Both the position numbers and the translations under genes were made by a program. The notes under the pieces were generated by a model. It made no database searches, had not been told where the DNA came from, and saw nothing but the letters and a program-made list of their open reading frames with translations. 32,000 nt of DNA from Gemmata obscuriglobus (lineage in GTDB: Bacteria; Planctomycetota; Planctomycetia; Gemmatales; Gemmataceae), in assembly GCF_008065095.1 (NCBI RefSeq), contig NZ_CP042911.1, positions 2,670,001 to 2,702,000 of the forward strand, read 5' to 3'. Of the stretch, positions 16,062 to 24,106 are shown in pieces. How positions within the stretch are numbered: the first letter of the stretch is position 1; every line of letters starts with the position of its first letter.

Positions 16062-17093
16062 ATGATCGACCTCCGCAGCGACACCGTGACCAGGCCGACG
16101 CCGGGGATGATGGCCGCGATGATGGCCGCCCCCGTCGGCGACGACGTGTACGGCGAAGACCCGACCGTCAACGAACTGGAGCGCCGAACGGCCGCGCTGT
16201 TCGGCCTCGAAGCGGGGCTGTTCGTCCCGAGCGGGACGATGGCGAACCAGATCGCGGTGCGGGTCCACTGCCGCCCGCAGGACGAGGCGCTGCTCGAAAC
16301 CACCAGTCACATCCGGCTGTGGGAGGCGGGCGGCGCCGCAGCGCTGAGCGGGGTCACGCTCACCCCGATCGACAGCCCCACGCGGGACGGGCGGCTCAGC
16401 ACCAGCGACTTCACGGGCCGGGTGAGCCCCGACGACATGCACTCGGTGCGCACGCGGCTCGTGTGCCTGGAGGTGACCCACAACCGCGGCGGCGGGACCG
16501 TGCTCTCTCCGGATGCGATCGGCGACATCTCCCGCTGGGGGCGGCAGCACAACCTCGCGATGCACCTCGACGGCGCCCGGGTCTGGAACGCGATCGTGAA
16601 GACCGGCGTGCCCGCGGACGTGTGGGGCCGGATGTTCGACACGGTCAACGTGTGCTTCAGCAAGGGACTCGGGACGCCGGTCGGATCAATGCTGCTCGGC
16701 CCGCGCGACCTGATCGCGCAGGCGCGCCGGGTCCGCAAGCTGTTCGGCGGCGCGATGCGGCAAGTCGGGTTCCTCGCCGCCGCGTGTCTGTACGCGCTCG
16801 ACCACCACATCGAGCGCCTCGCCGAGGACCACGAGAACGCCCAGGTCATCGCGAAGGCGGTCGAACAGGTGCCCGGATTCACACTCGCCCCGCGCACGGT
16901 CGAAACGAACCTCGTGTGGTTCGAAGTGGACGCACGCCACGGGAACGCGAAGGCGGTGGCGGAACGGCTCAAGGCGAAGGGGGTGCTGGTCGCCCCGCTC
17001 GGGGCGCATGTGGTGCGGGTCGTCACGCACCTCGACGTGTCCCGCGATCAGTGCCAGAAGGCCGCGGACGCGATCCGGGCGCTCGCGGGCTGA
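16062..17093 (+). CDS. ltaE: Low-specificity L-threonine aldolase (PLP-dependent)
   Basis: [20 protein letters not shown]...[15 protein letters not shown]...GTMANQ...FSKGLG (Lys for PLP) is the classic LtaE/GLY1 pattern. Confidence 0.85.
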   Translation: MIDLRSDTVTRPTPGMMAAMMAAPVGDDVYGEDPTVNELERRTAALFGLEAGLFVPSGTMANQIAVRVHCRPQDEALLETTSHIRLWEAGGAAALSGVTLTPIDSPTRDGRLSTSDFTGRVSPDDMHSVRTRLVCLEVTHNRGGGTVLSPDAIGDISRWGRQHNLAMHLDGARVWNAIVKTGVPADVWGRMFDTVNVCFSKGLGTPVGSMLLGPRDLIAQARRVRKLFGGAMRQVGFLAAACLYALDHHIERLAEDHENAQVIAKAVEQVPGFTLAPRTVETNLVWFEVDARHGNAKAVAERLKAKGVLVAPLGAHVVRVVTHLDVSRDQCQKAADAIRALAG

Positions 17094-17096
17094 GGG

Positions 17097-17501
17097 CTAC
17101 TTGTCGCCCGGGTTCGGATCGGGCTTCTTCTTGATCCGGACGAACTCTTCCTTCAACCCGTCGGGGTCCACAACGATGAGTTCGTGTGTGGTGAGCTTCT
17201 TGATGGTCAGCGTCTCTTTCTTCACCGCCCCGCCCTGGTTGACCTCGTAGGGGAGTTCGTTGCCGACGACGCGATACGAGCCCTCGTACAGCGACACCCG
17301 GCCGTTCCCGAGCCGCTGGCGGATCACCATCTTCCCGCCCTGGTAGAAGTCGAGTTCCACGTCGGTGCTCGTGCCCCCACTCGAGTCGAGTGTCATCCGC
17401 CAGGTGCCGACCACCTTTTCGGCGTCGGACCGCTCCTTGGGCACCGGGGCCGCTCCAAGAGCACCGCACACCACACACAGTACGACGAAGGCGTGTCGCA
17501 T
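17097..17501 (-). CDS. TIGR03066-like (Gemmata paralogous family) small secreted/lipocalin-like protein, 134 aa
   Basis: Signal peptide, then ...KVVGTWRM...YQGGKMV...EGSYRVVGNEL...TLTIKKLTTHELIVVDPDG..EEFVRIKK. Confidence 0.65.
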   Translation of the reverse strand: MRHAFVVLCVVCGALGAAPVPKERSDAEKVVGTWRMTLDSSGGTSTDVELDFYQGGKMVIRQRLGNGRVSLYEGSYRVVGNELPYEVNQGGAVKKETLTIKKLTTHELIVVDPDGLKEEFVRIKKKPDPNPGDK

Positions 17502-17625
17502 AACCGGCTCCAGTGGGGCACTCCAGTCTGGAGCAAACCGCCGCCTCCTGTCAAGCGGCGAGGAGGCGTGGTGAACAAGTGCTCGCGCCGGATTGGAACG
17601 ACAGCCGGGCTCACGTCACCCGCGG

Positions 17626-18027
17626 TCACTTCTCGGGCTTCGCCTTCACCTTCTTAAACGCCGCCTCTTCGTTGTCCTTGCTCTTGCCCGCCATTTCGTC
17701 GTCGGTCAGCTTGGTCAGGGTAACCGTGTCCTTCACTTCCTCACCCAGAACCTTGAGCGCGAAGGTGAGTTTGTCGCCTTCCAGCTTGTAGGTGCCCTCG
17801 ATCTTGACTTCCTTCCCCTCCGCCCCGTCGGTGAGGACGACCTTGCCGTCCTTGGTGAACTCCACCACCATGCTCTCGCTCTTCTTGGACTTGTCCTCGC
17901 CCTTCTTGGACTTGATCGGCTGCCATTTGCCGATCAGCTTCTTGGCGTCAAACTTCTCGTCGGCCGCTCCCGCCGCGGTTCCGGCGGCCAGCGCGAGTGC
18001 CATCCCGATTCCGAGTAAAGTCCGCAT
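17626..18027 (-). CDS. TIGR03066-like small secreted protein, 133 aa (paralog of 17097..17501)
   Basis: MRTLLGIGMALALAAG signal, then KKLIGKWQP...VVEFTKDGKVVL...EGTYKLEGDKLTF...VTLTKLTDDEM...AAFKKVK. The start is set at the ATG giving the signal peptide. Confidence 0.65.
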   Translation of the reverse strand: MRTLLGIGMALALAAGTAAGAADEKFDAKKLIGKWQPIKSKKGEDKSKKSESMVVEFTKDGKVVLTDGAEGKEVKIEGTYKLEGDKLTFALKVLGEEVKDTVTLTKLTDDEMAGKSKDNEEAAFKKVKAKPEK

Positions 18028-18079
18028 CAACGTGCTCCTGTGTACGGGCGCCGCGCGGTGCCGCGCCGGTGAGCACACA

Positions 18080-19417
18080 TTACGTGTCCGTCGAATCGGC
18101 GTCTGCGCGGGCCTCCCACTCCCGTTCCGACTCGTCCGCGTCCTCGGTCCGCGGCGCCGGCACGGCCGAAACGCCCAACCCCTTGATCAACAGGGGCAGC
18201 GTCAGCCCTTGACCGACGAGGGTGGCAAAGATGACCGCGAACGTGAGCAACTGGATCAGGTCGCGCCCCGGGAACGGTCTCCCGTCTTCGGTCGTGAGCG
18301 GCAGCGCCAGCGCCGCGGCGAGCGACACCGCGCCGCGCATCCCCGTCCACCCCACCACCGTCACACTCCGCCACGACGGGTACGGCCCCGCGCACCCGAG
18401 CCGGTTGTCAACCCAGCGCGGCACGTACGCGCCCGGGAACATCCACAGCAGCCGCGCGACGATCGTCGCCCCGCACACGCCGGCGGCCCCGATGGCCAGT
18501 TCGCGGGGCGTGTGGGTGGTGTCCCCGAACTGCTCCAGGATCTGCCGCAGCGCGAACCCCACGAGGATGAACACCAGCCCGTTCAGCAGGAACTCGATCC
18601 ACTCCCACACGGCCCGGGCTTCCTCGAACAGTTCGTGCGTGAACACCTCCTCGCACCGGTTCCCGATCCACAGCCCGGCGGACACCGCCGCCAGCACCCC
18701 CGACAGGTGGAGGTGTTCCGCGGTCAGGTAGACCGCGAACGGCGTCAGCAGGGTGACCGTGATCACGAGCTTGCTGTCCGCCACCCCGCTCCGATCGAGC
18801 CACCGGTGGAACCGGTACACGAGCCACCCGCCCGCCACGCCGACCCCGACCCCGCCGGCGCTGACCAGCACGAACTCCCAGCCGGCACCCGCCAGGGAGA
18901 ACGCGCCGGTCGCCACGGCCGCGACCGCGAACCGCAACGCGACCAGCGCGGTCGCGTCGTTGACGAGGCTCTCGCCCTCAAGGATGGTAACGATCAGCCG
19001 CGGCACCCGGAGCCGCTGGGTGACCGCGACCGCCGCGACCGCGTCCGGCGGTGAGACGATCGCCCCGAGCACGAACGCCACGGCCCACGGCAGATCGAGC
19101 AGGTAGTGGGCCGCCGCCGCGACCGCCGCCGTGGTGAACAGCACGAGCCCCACCGCCAACAGCGTGATGGCCCGTAGTTGCGCTCGGAACTCGGGCCACG
19201 GGGTCCGGAACGCCGCCGCGTACAGCAGCGGCGGCAGGAACAGCAGGAACACGACCTGGGGGTCGATGCGGAACCCTGGCACCCACGGCTGGAGCCCCAG
19301 CAGCAGCCCGCCGACGACCAGGAAGATCGGTTCCGCCACCCTCAGCTTGCGCGCGATCAGGGCCAGCGCCACCGTGACCGCCAGCAGGGCCAAAACCAGT
19401 TCGACCGGGTGAAACAC
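18080..19417 (-). CDS. Na+/H+ antiporter (CPA1 / NhaP-type)
   Basis: About 445 aa with 10 or more TM segments and typical ...AIVSPPDAVAA...RL..ILEGESLVNDA... motifs. GTG at 19417 lies 6 nt after GGAGG. The upstream part of the track ORF overlaps the divergent promoter region. Confidence 0.85.
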   Translation of the reverse strand: MFHPVELVLALLAVTVALALIARKLRVAEPIFLVVGGLLLGLQPWVPGFRIDPQVVFLLFLPPLLYAAAFRTPWPEFRAQLRAITLLAVGLVLFTTAAVAAAAHYLLDLPWAVAFVLGAIVSPPDAVAAVAVTQRLRVPRLIVTILEGESLVNDATALVALRFAVAAVATGAFSLAGAGWEFVLVSAGGVGVGVAGGWLVYRFHRWLDRSGVADSKLVITVTLLTPFAVYLTAEHLHLSGVLAAVSAGLWIGNRCEEVFTHELFEEARAVWEWIEFLLNGLVFILVGFALRQILEQFGDTTHTPRELAIGAAGVCGATIVARLLWMFPGAYVPRWVDNRLGCAGPYPSWRSVTVVGWTGMRGAVSLAAALALPLTTEDGRPFPGRDLIQLLTFAVIFATLVGQGLTLPLLIKGLGVSAVPAPRTEDADESEREWEARADADSTDT

Positions 19418-19665
19418 CGCGCACCTCCGTGACTCGCATTCACACGAGCATACCCGGTGCGCGTTGACGCCGACAGCCCGACCCGCGTACCCTCTCCTCA
19501 ACCCCGGAGGTTCCGCCATGCCATACCCCCGCGCGATCGCACCGCTCCTCGTGCTGCTCTCCGCGTCAACCGCGTGGGCCGACACGATCACCCTCGTCGC
19601 CGGCGGCGGTAACGGACCCGACGGCGCGGAAGCGACCACCGCCAAGCTGCTCCAACCGTTCGGCG
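19305..19665. repeat. Direct repeat copy A (361 bp): antiporter 5' end, divergent intergenic region and NHL gene 5' end
   Basis: Aligns without gaps to 23746..24106 (offset 4441). I counted 12 mismatches. Confidence 0.9.
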
Positions 19666-19694
19666 GTGCGAGGTGTGGGCGGAAGCGTATTTGA
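19518..19694 (+). pseudogene. Truncated 5' stub of the NHL-repeat gene (49 homologous codons, then unrelated tail)
   Basis: MPYPRAIAPLLVLLSASTAWADTITLVAGGGNGPDGAEATTAKLLQPFG matches the N-terminus of 23959..25035. Homology ends at 19665. Confidence 0.75.
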
Positions 19695-19784
19695 CGGCAG
19701 GTGCGGAGATCTGTGGGGCGGCGGGTACGTGGATGTGTTGAGCTTTTCAGACGTGATTCTTGCTCGCTTCAATGTGTTGTGGCA

Positions 19785-19827
19785 GGAGCCCGGCAAGATC
19801 ACAACTCTTGCCGGGCTCCGATTTTTC
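19785..19827 (+). terminator. Rho-independent terminator-like hairpin (+ strand)
   Basis: GGAGCCCGGCAAG-atcacaact-CTTGCCGGGCTCC (13-bp perfect stem) followed by GATTTTTC. Confidence 0.5.
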
Positions 19828-19861
19828 ACAACACGTCGAGCGAAAGGCTCGACTCAAGCCA

Positions 19862-19898
19862 ATAAAACGAAAAACTCGGTAGGGTAATTGCCCTACCG
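19862..19898 (-). terminator. Rho-independent terminator-like hairpin for the minus-strand operon
   Basis: CGGTAGGG-taattg-CCCTACCG at 19877-19898. On the minus strand it is followed by AGTTTTTCGTTTTAT. It lies 38 nt beyond the stop of 19936..20637. Confidence 0.5.
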
Positions 19899-19935
19899 GG
19901 ACAGTGTAATTAGCCACTGTGGTTAATGGGCGCAA

Positions 19936-20637
19936 TCACGGCCGAACCAAACGCGGCATCGGCGCTTTGGGCGGAATGATTACAATCGTCATAGACTCAC
20001 TCGGATACGGGCTGTCGTACAGGAGGCCATCTCTGTCAAGGAAGCTGGGCATGTACTCCCGGGGGTAGGGAGTCCTTTTTTCCTCCCACGCTTGGTGAGC
20101 ATTCATCCGACCGTGGTGCTCACCCTTGTCCAACGCTTTCTCTCCAGGCGGAGGGGGGACAACCCCGCCAGGCCGCCGAAGAATACGAATGGTTCTGCAT
20201 GTGTCAACGCCATCCTTGCGATCGTAGTGGATGTAAACCCTGTCGCCAACTTTAACATCAGTAATGCGGTAGGTGTCAGCAGACCAAGTCTTGGCATACC
20301 CACCCTTGGCCAGCTCGCTAGCGAGTGCGAATGTCTTGGCCGGAACCTCTGGATAGTGCTTCTCCTTTAACGACAACTGGGCACCCGTCCTGGGGTTAAA
20401 CTCCTCGATGAGCACCCGGCGCTCAGGCCAATACAATGTAATCCCTTGGGCGTCTGCCTTCTGGACAAATCCAGAAGTATGACGGCCTGAGTAATTCCAC
20501 GTGAACGGAACAGAAGGATCAGGCGGAGGTCCCGAGTCCCAGGGGTCTTCCACCTGCGGCCTCGCTTGTTTTTGCCCCCCCGGAACCTGTACCGGGAGGG
20601 CAAAAAACATAATCGCAACAGTTAATCCCGTCAGCAT
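19936..20637 (-). CDS. Hypothetical secreted/anchored protein, 233 aa (low G+C)
   Basis: N-terminal hydrophobic MLTGLTVAIMFFALPV. It lies 33 nt downstream of the beta-helix gene on the same strand. One line counted at 47% G+C. No family recognised. Confidence 0.6.
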   Translation of the reverse strand: MLTGLTVAIMFFALPVQVPGGQKQARPQVEDPWDSGPPPDPSVPFTWNYSGRHTSGFVQKADAQGITLYWPERRVLIEEFNPRTGAQLSLKEKHYPEVPAKTFALASELAKGGYAKTWSADTYRITDVKVGDRVYIHYDRKDGVDTCRTIRILRRPGGVVPPPPGEKALDKGEHHGRMNAHQAWEEKRTPYPREYMPSFLDRDGLLYDSPYPSESMTIVIIPPKAPMPRLVRP

Positions 20638-20670
20638 ACGAGTTACTCCAGATCGCGCATCACTCCCAGC

Positions 20671-21746
20671 TTAGGCAGGCACAAGATCGTAAACTTCTGT
20701 ACCGTCCATTACAAGCGTGCTGCCTTGGAGCTTCAAGCCAGGCCCCCCCGGAGGCAAAGCCAGTGTGATATCGATGTCCTCATTCGCCACCACAGGCTTG
20801 AAGCCCCCTCCAGCTTCCAGAACGCGGGCAGTAAAGGTCACTCCCAGTGGCAACGTGTTCCAGTTTGGGATGTATATGCTAATAGTGACGTTTCCCCCAA
20901 TGTAGAACTTCTCATCGGCCCTTATCTTGTCTGCTACCTGATTGCCAACATTTAGCCCGCATAGAAATGTCCCGCCAATCCAATACAAATCCTTGGTGAC
21001 TTTCAAGGTGCCATATCCACCCAGCATCTTAACAGTCCCGCCAGCAATGGTTAGCTGAGCATCCACCTTCCCCGTGGATGAATTGGCTCCTACCACATCG
21101 ACAACTAGATTGCCGCCGTTCACCTTCATCGAGCCATACTTGCTCTTGAGAGTGCCATTGGCACCGCTAATCGTAATCGTACCACTGTTCTGTACGATAT
21201 CGATCTTTTTCGGAGCTGTAGGGTTCGCAGGAGCGAGGTTCGCACCAAAGCTGGCAAACGCACCATCCTCTATATTCAAGTTTCCGCCGTTATTCAGAAA
21301 CGTGCGATTCTTGGCATCGAACTGAACATTAGTGCCAATAGTGATCGTCCCATTGGTCTTCAGTTCAACTTTCGCCTTGCCGTCATCGTAGCTGCCAGCA
21401 GGACCCGACCATACAATGCCGCCCATGGGGACGGCGCTGATAGTCATGGTGGCGTTATCGACCGTCACCGGGCTGCCGTGCGAAAAATTCAGTGACGCAT
21501 CCGAGGCAAGAGTGGCGCCGTTGTTCACGACCAACGCGCTACCCAAGGTAAGCGTCCCGGCGCTGCTGATCGTGCCGACCGCCCCATTCAGGTAGACGGT
21601 TGATTCCGTGCTCGCACTGTTCAGCGTACCCCCGGTCCAGGTGAAGGTGTCGGTGACGGTGAGGTCGGTGCCGGAGGTGGGCTGTGAGATGGCTCCACTA
21701 GCCATCAGAAACTCTTTGGTCGCAATCGGGCCGCCGAACGTGACCG
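20671..21746 (-). pseudogene. 3' part of an IS-disrupted beta-helix-like secreted protein gene
   Basis: Gly/Asn/Thr-rich degenerate repeats (GGTLN.., NGATL.., GGNLN.., SGTITISGANGTL.., GGNLVVD.., AGGTVKM..) suggest a parallel beta-helix. The frame joins 23065 across the IS. Confidence 0.7.
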
Positions 21747-21756
21747 TGTTCGTGTA

Positions 21757-23064
21757 CAGGGCAAACGCACTCAATCCTCGGGATTTTTCAGTAGTACCTG
21801 TTCGAGGTAGGTATTATCCCATCCGGCCTTGAGTCGCCGGTTCTTGATCCCACATTTGGCGTTTGCCTTCTTCAACATCGCCAAGGCGATCTTGCGCACG
21901 AGGGCCATATTCTGCGGGCCGTGCCCTTCACGGAGTCGGTGGTCGTCTTCTCGGAACGCGACATCCAGCACCCAATGGCATGAATTCTCGATGCACCAAT
22001 GAGCCCGGATCCACGTTTGGAACCGCTTGGCCGATGCCTTCCGCGAGCTGATGTAATACCGCACCTCGTCGCTCGTCCTACCGGCGACCGTGCGGCTGCT
22101 GACGAGCACCACGACGGACCGCAACCGGGGCCACACATTCCGGTCCCGGATCGACTCCAGGTCGTCGATCACGAAGCAGAACCGCATCTCCTCGCGCCCG
22201 TGGCCCGTTCCTTCGTTGAGGTCGGTCGAGCGGCCCGCGTAGCTCGCCTCTAGGGCCCCCTCGGCCAACCGCTGGATGTCCTCGAGCAGCCGCGGCTGGT
22301 TGTCCTTGACCGCCAGCAGGTAGTCCCCCTTGGCGGCCACGATCTGCTGGGCGATGTCCTTCTGGGTGCCCATCGCGTCGATGCTCACCAGGGCCCCCGC
22401 GAGGTCCAGCCGCTCCAGCAGTTCCGGGATCGCGGTGATCTCGTTGGACTTCTCGTCGGTCTTCACCTGGGCCAACGTGAGGCCCAACTGCTGAGCCCAT
22501 GCGCTGACGATGTGTGTGGCCTTGCGAGCCCCCGTGCCGGTGACCCGCTTGGACCCCCGCATGGTCTTCCCGTCGATCGGGATGTGGGGCACCCGGAGGC
22601 CCTCGGCGGCGTCCGCGACCCACGCCCGGAAGCACCGCCCGAACGCCTCCGGGCGGACCAGCGCGAACACCCGGTTGAGGGTGTCGTGGGACGGAATCCC
22701 GTTGCGCAGCGTCAGCCCCAGCCGGTCCCGGAACCAGGACTCCTTGGCCCGCGCGAACTCGGCGATCGACACGAAGTCATCGGCCCCGACGATCGTCCCA
22801 CAGGTCACGATCATGAGTACATCAATCAAGTCGTGGAAGCACTTCAACTCGACCCGCGGATCCGGGATCTGGGACAGGTACTCGATTAACGGGCGTGGGC
22901 CGGGGGCGGCACTCATCGGCAGACTCCGAGGCGGTGAGGGCGCGCCAGAATCATATGGAGGCGGGGCCGCACATGCGCAGGAGGCGAGCGATGGCCGCTC
23001 GATCACACGCCTCAAAATTAGCTAGAATCCAGCGATTCCTAGGGGATTGAGTGCGTTTGCCCTG
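21757..23064 (-). mobile_element. ISAs1-family insertion sequence, 1308 bp
   Basis: Perfect 21-bp terminal inverted repeats: CAGGGCAAACGCACTCAATCC at 21757-21777 and its reverse complement at 23044-23064. A 10-bp direct duplication TGTTCGTGTA lies at 21747-21756 and 23065-23074. Confidence 0.9.
21771..22916 (-). CDS. ISAs1-family transposase, 381 aa
   Basis: MSAAPGPRPLIEYLSQIPDPRVELKCFHDLIDVLMIVTCGTIVGADDFVSIAEFA... is the characteristic ISAs1 (H-repeat-like) N-terminus. ATG lies 7 nt after GGAG. About 67% G+C, unlike the neighbouring low-G+C DNA. Confidence 0.9.
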   Translation of the reverse strand: MSAAPGPRPLIEYLSQIPDPRVELKCFHDLIDVLMIVTCGTIVGADDFVSIAEFARAKESWFRDRLGLTLRNGIPSHDTLNRVFALVRPEAFGRCFRAWVADAAEGLRVPHIPIDGKTMRGSKRVTGTGARKATHIVSAWAQQLGLTLAQVKTDEKSNEITAIPELLERLDLAGALVSIDAMGTQKDIAQQIVAAKGDYLLAVKDNQPRLLEDIQRLAEGALEASYAGRSTDLNEGTGHGREEMRFCFVIDDLESIRDRNVWPRLRSVVVLVSSRTVAGRTSDEVRYYISSRKASAKRFQTWIRAHWCIENSCHWVLDVAFREDDHRLREGHGPQNMALVRKIALAMLKKANAKCGIKNRRLKAGWDNTYLEQVLLKNPED

Positions 23065-23431
23065 TGTTCGTGTAGTCGATCTTGACCGATTTGAGCGTCC
23101 CGCCACCGGACACAATGAACCCGTCGCAGTTCGGTGCCGCACCTGCGCCCAATCCGCCCCCGAAGATCACGCTATCCCCGGCGATGGGCAGGGGGTGGTA
23201 CGGCTCTTCGTCCCAAGGCGTAGATTCGAACGCGGCAGCCCAGTTGCCGGCGTCGAGCGCGTTCGTGCCGACGGTCCCGAGCCACGTGAACGTCGCCGGC
23301 ACCTCGCGCGCCTCGAACTGATCCAAGCGCGGGCGGAACCGGTTGCTGGGACTTTTGCGGGCAGACGTTTGCGGCAGGGAGGAATTCAAGCCGAGCCGGC
23401 GAACCAGGGACGACAGGGCGGAGGTCAACAT
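23065..23431 (-). pseudogene. 5' part of the IS-disrupted beta-helix-like secreted protein gene
   Basis: MLTSALSSLVRRLGLNSS...RFRPRLDQFEAREVPATFTW is a leader typical of planctomycete secreted proteins. An alternative TTG start is at 23509. Deleting the IS and one TSD copy gives ...IDYTNTVTFGGPIATKEF... in frame. Confidence 0.7.
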
Positions 23432-23745
23432 TAAGGTTCCCGTTGTGTGAAATGCGCCCCGCAACCGCGAGGAGCGGTCAGATGGTACCGGCGCACGGAA
23501 GCTAGTCAACGAAAGTTTTTTTAATTCAGAGCGAACGAGATCAGTTCACGGTTTGCGCAGTTGACACGCTTCGATGTGGCCGAGTGTCGCAAATCGCTTT
23601 TTGATAATGATTTGTGAAATCGGCCTGCCGGATGCTCCGGAGTGGGGTTGCGGAACTTGGTTGTATGATTCCAAGGCGTTTCTCGCATTCCCAGGCAGTT
23701 TCGGGTAGGAGCGCGCAAACCGCGAACTGACCTCACATTCCCCTG

Positions 23746-23858
23746 AGCCCGCCGACGACGAGGAAGATCGGTTCCGCCACCCTCAGCTTGCGCGCGATCA
23801 GGGCCAGCGCCGCCGTGACCGCCAGCAGGGCCAGGACCAGTTCGACCGGGTGAAACAC
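23746..23858 (-). pseudogene. 5' stub (about 37 codons) of the Na+/H+ antiporter gene
   Basis: VFHPVELVLALLAVTAALALIARKLRVAEPIFLVVGGL matches the N-terminus of 18080..19417. Homology ends at 23746. Confidence 0.75.
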
Positions 23859-24106
23859 CGCGCACCTCCGTGACTCGCATTCACACGAGCATATCCGGTG
23901 CGCGTTGACGCCGACAGCCCGACCCGCGTACCCTCTCCTCAACCCCGGAGGTTCTCCCGTGCCATACCCCCGCGCGCTCGCACCGCTCCTCGTGCTGCTC
24001 TCCGCGTCAACCGCGTGGGCCGACACGATCACCCTCGTCGCCGGCGGCGGTAACGGACCCGACGGCGCAGAAGCAAACACCGCCAAGCTGCTCCAACCGT
24101 TCGGCG
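23746..24106. repeat. Direct repeat copy B (361 bp)
   Basis: See copy A. This copy is contiguous with the full-length NHL gene and carries only a stub of the antiporter gene. Confidence 0.9.

Larger units (their letters stand above)
19666..23745. mobile_element. 4.08-kb inserted segment between the 361-bp direct repeats (mixed composition; carries a beta-helix gene, a downstream gene and an ISAs1 element)
   Basis: Bounded exactly by the ends of the direct repeats. Lines counted inside 19.9-21.3 kb give 47% G+C, against 70% in the adjacent antiporter gene. Confidence 0.6.

Noticed and set aside
19464-19694. 76-aa + ORF as an intact small gene
   Set aside because: It is the duplicated 5' stub of the NHL gene (homology ends at 19665) plus an unrelated 9-codon tail. 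It is reported as a pseudogene fragment instead.
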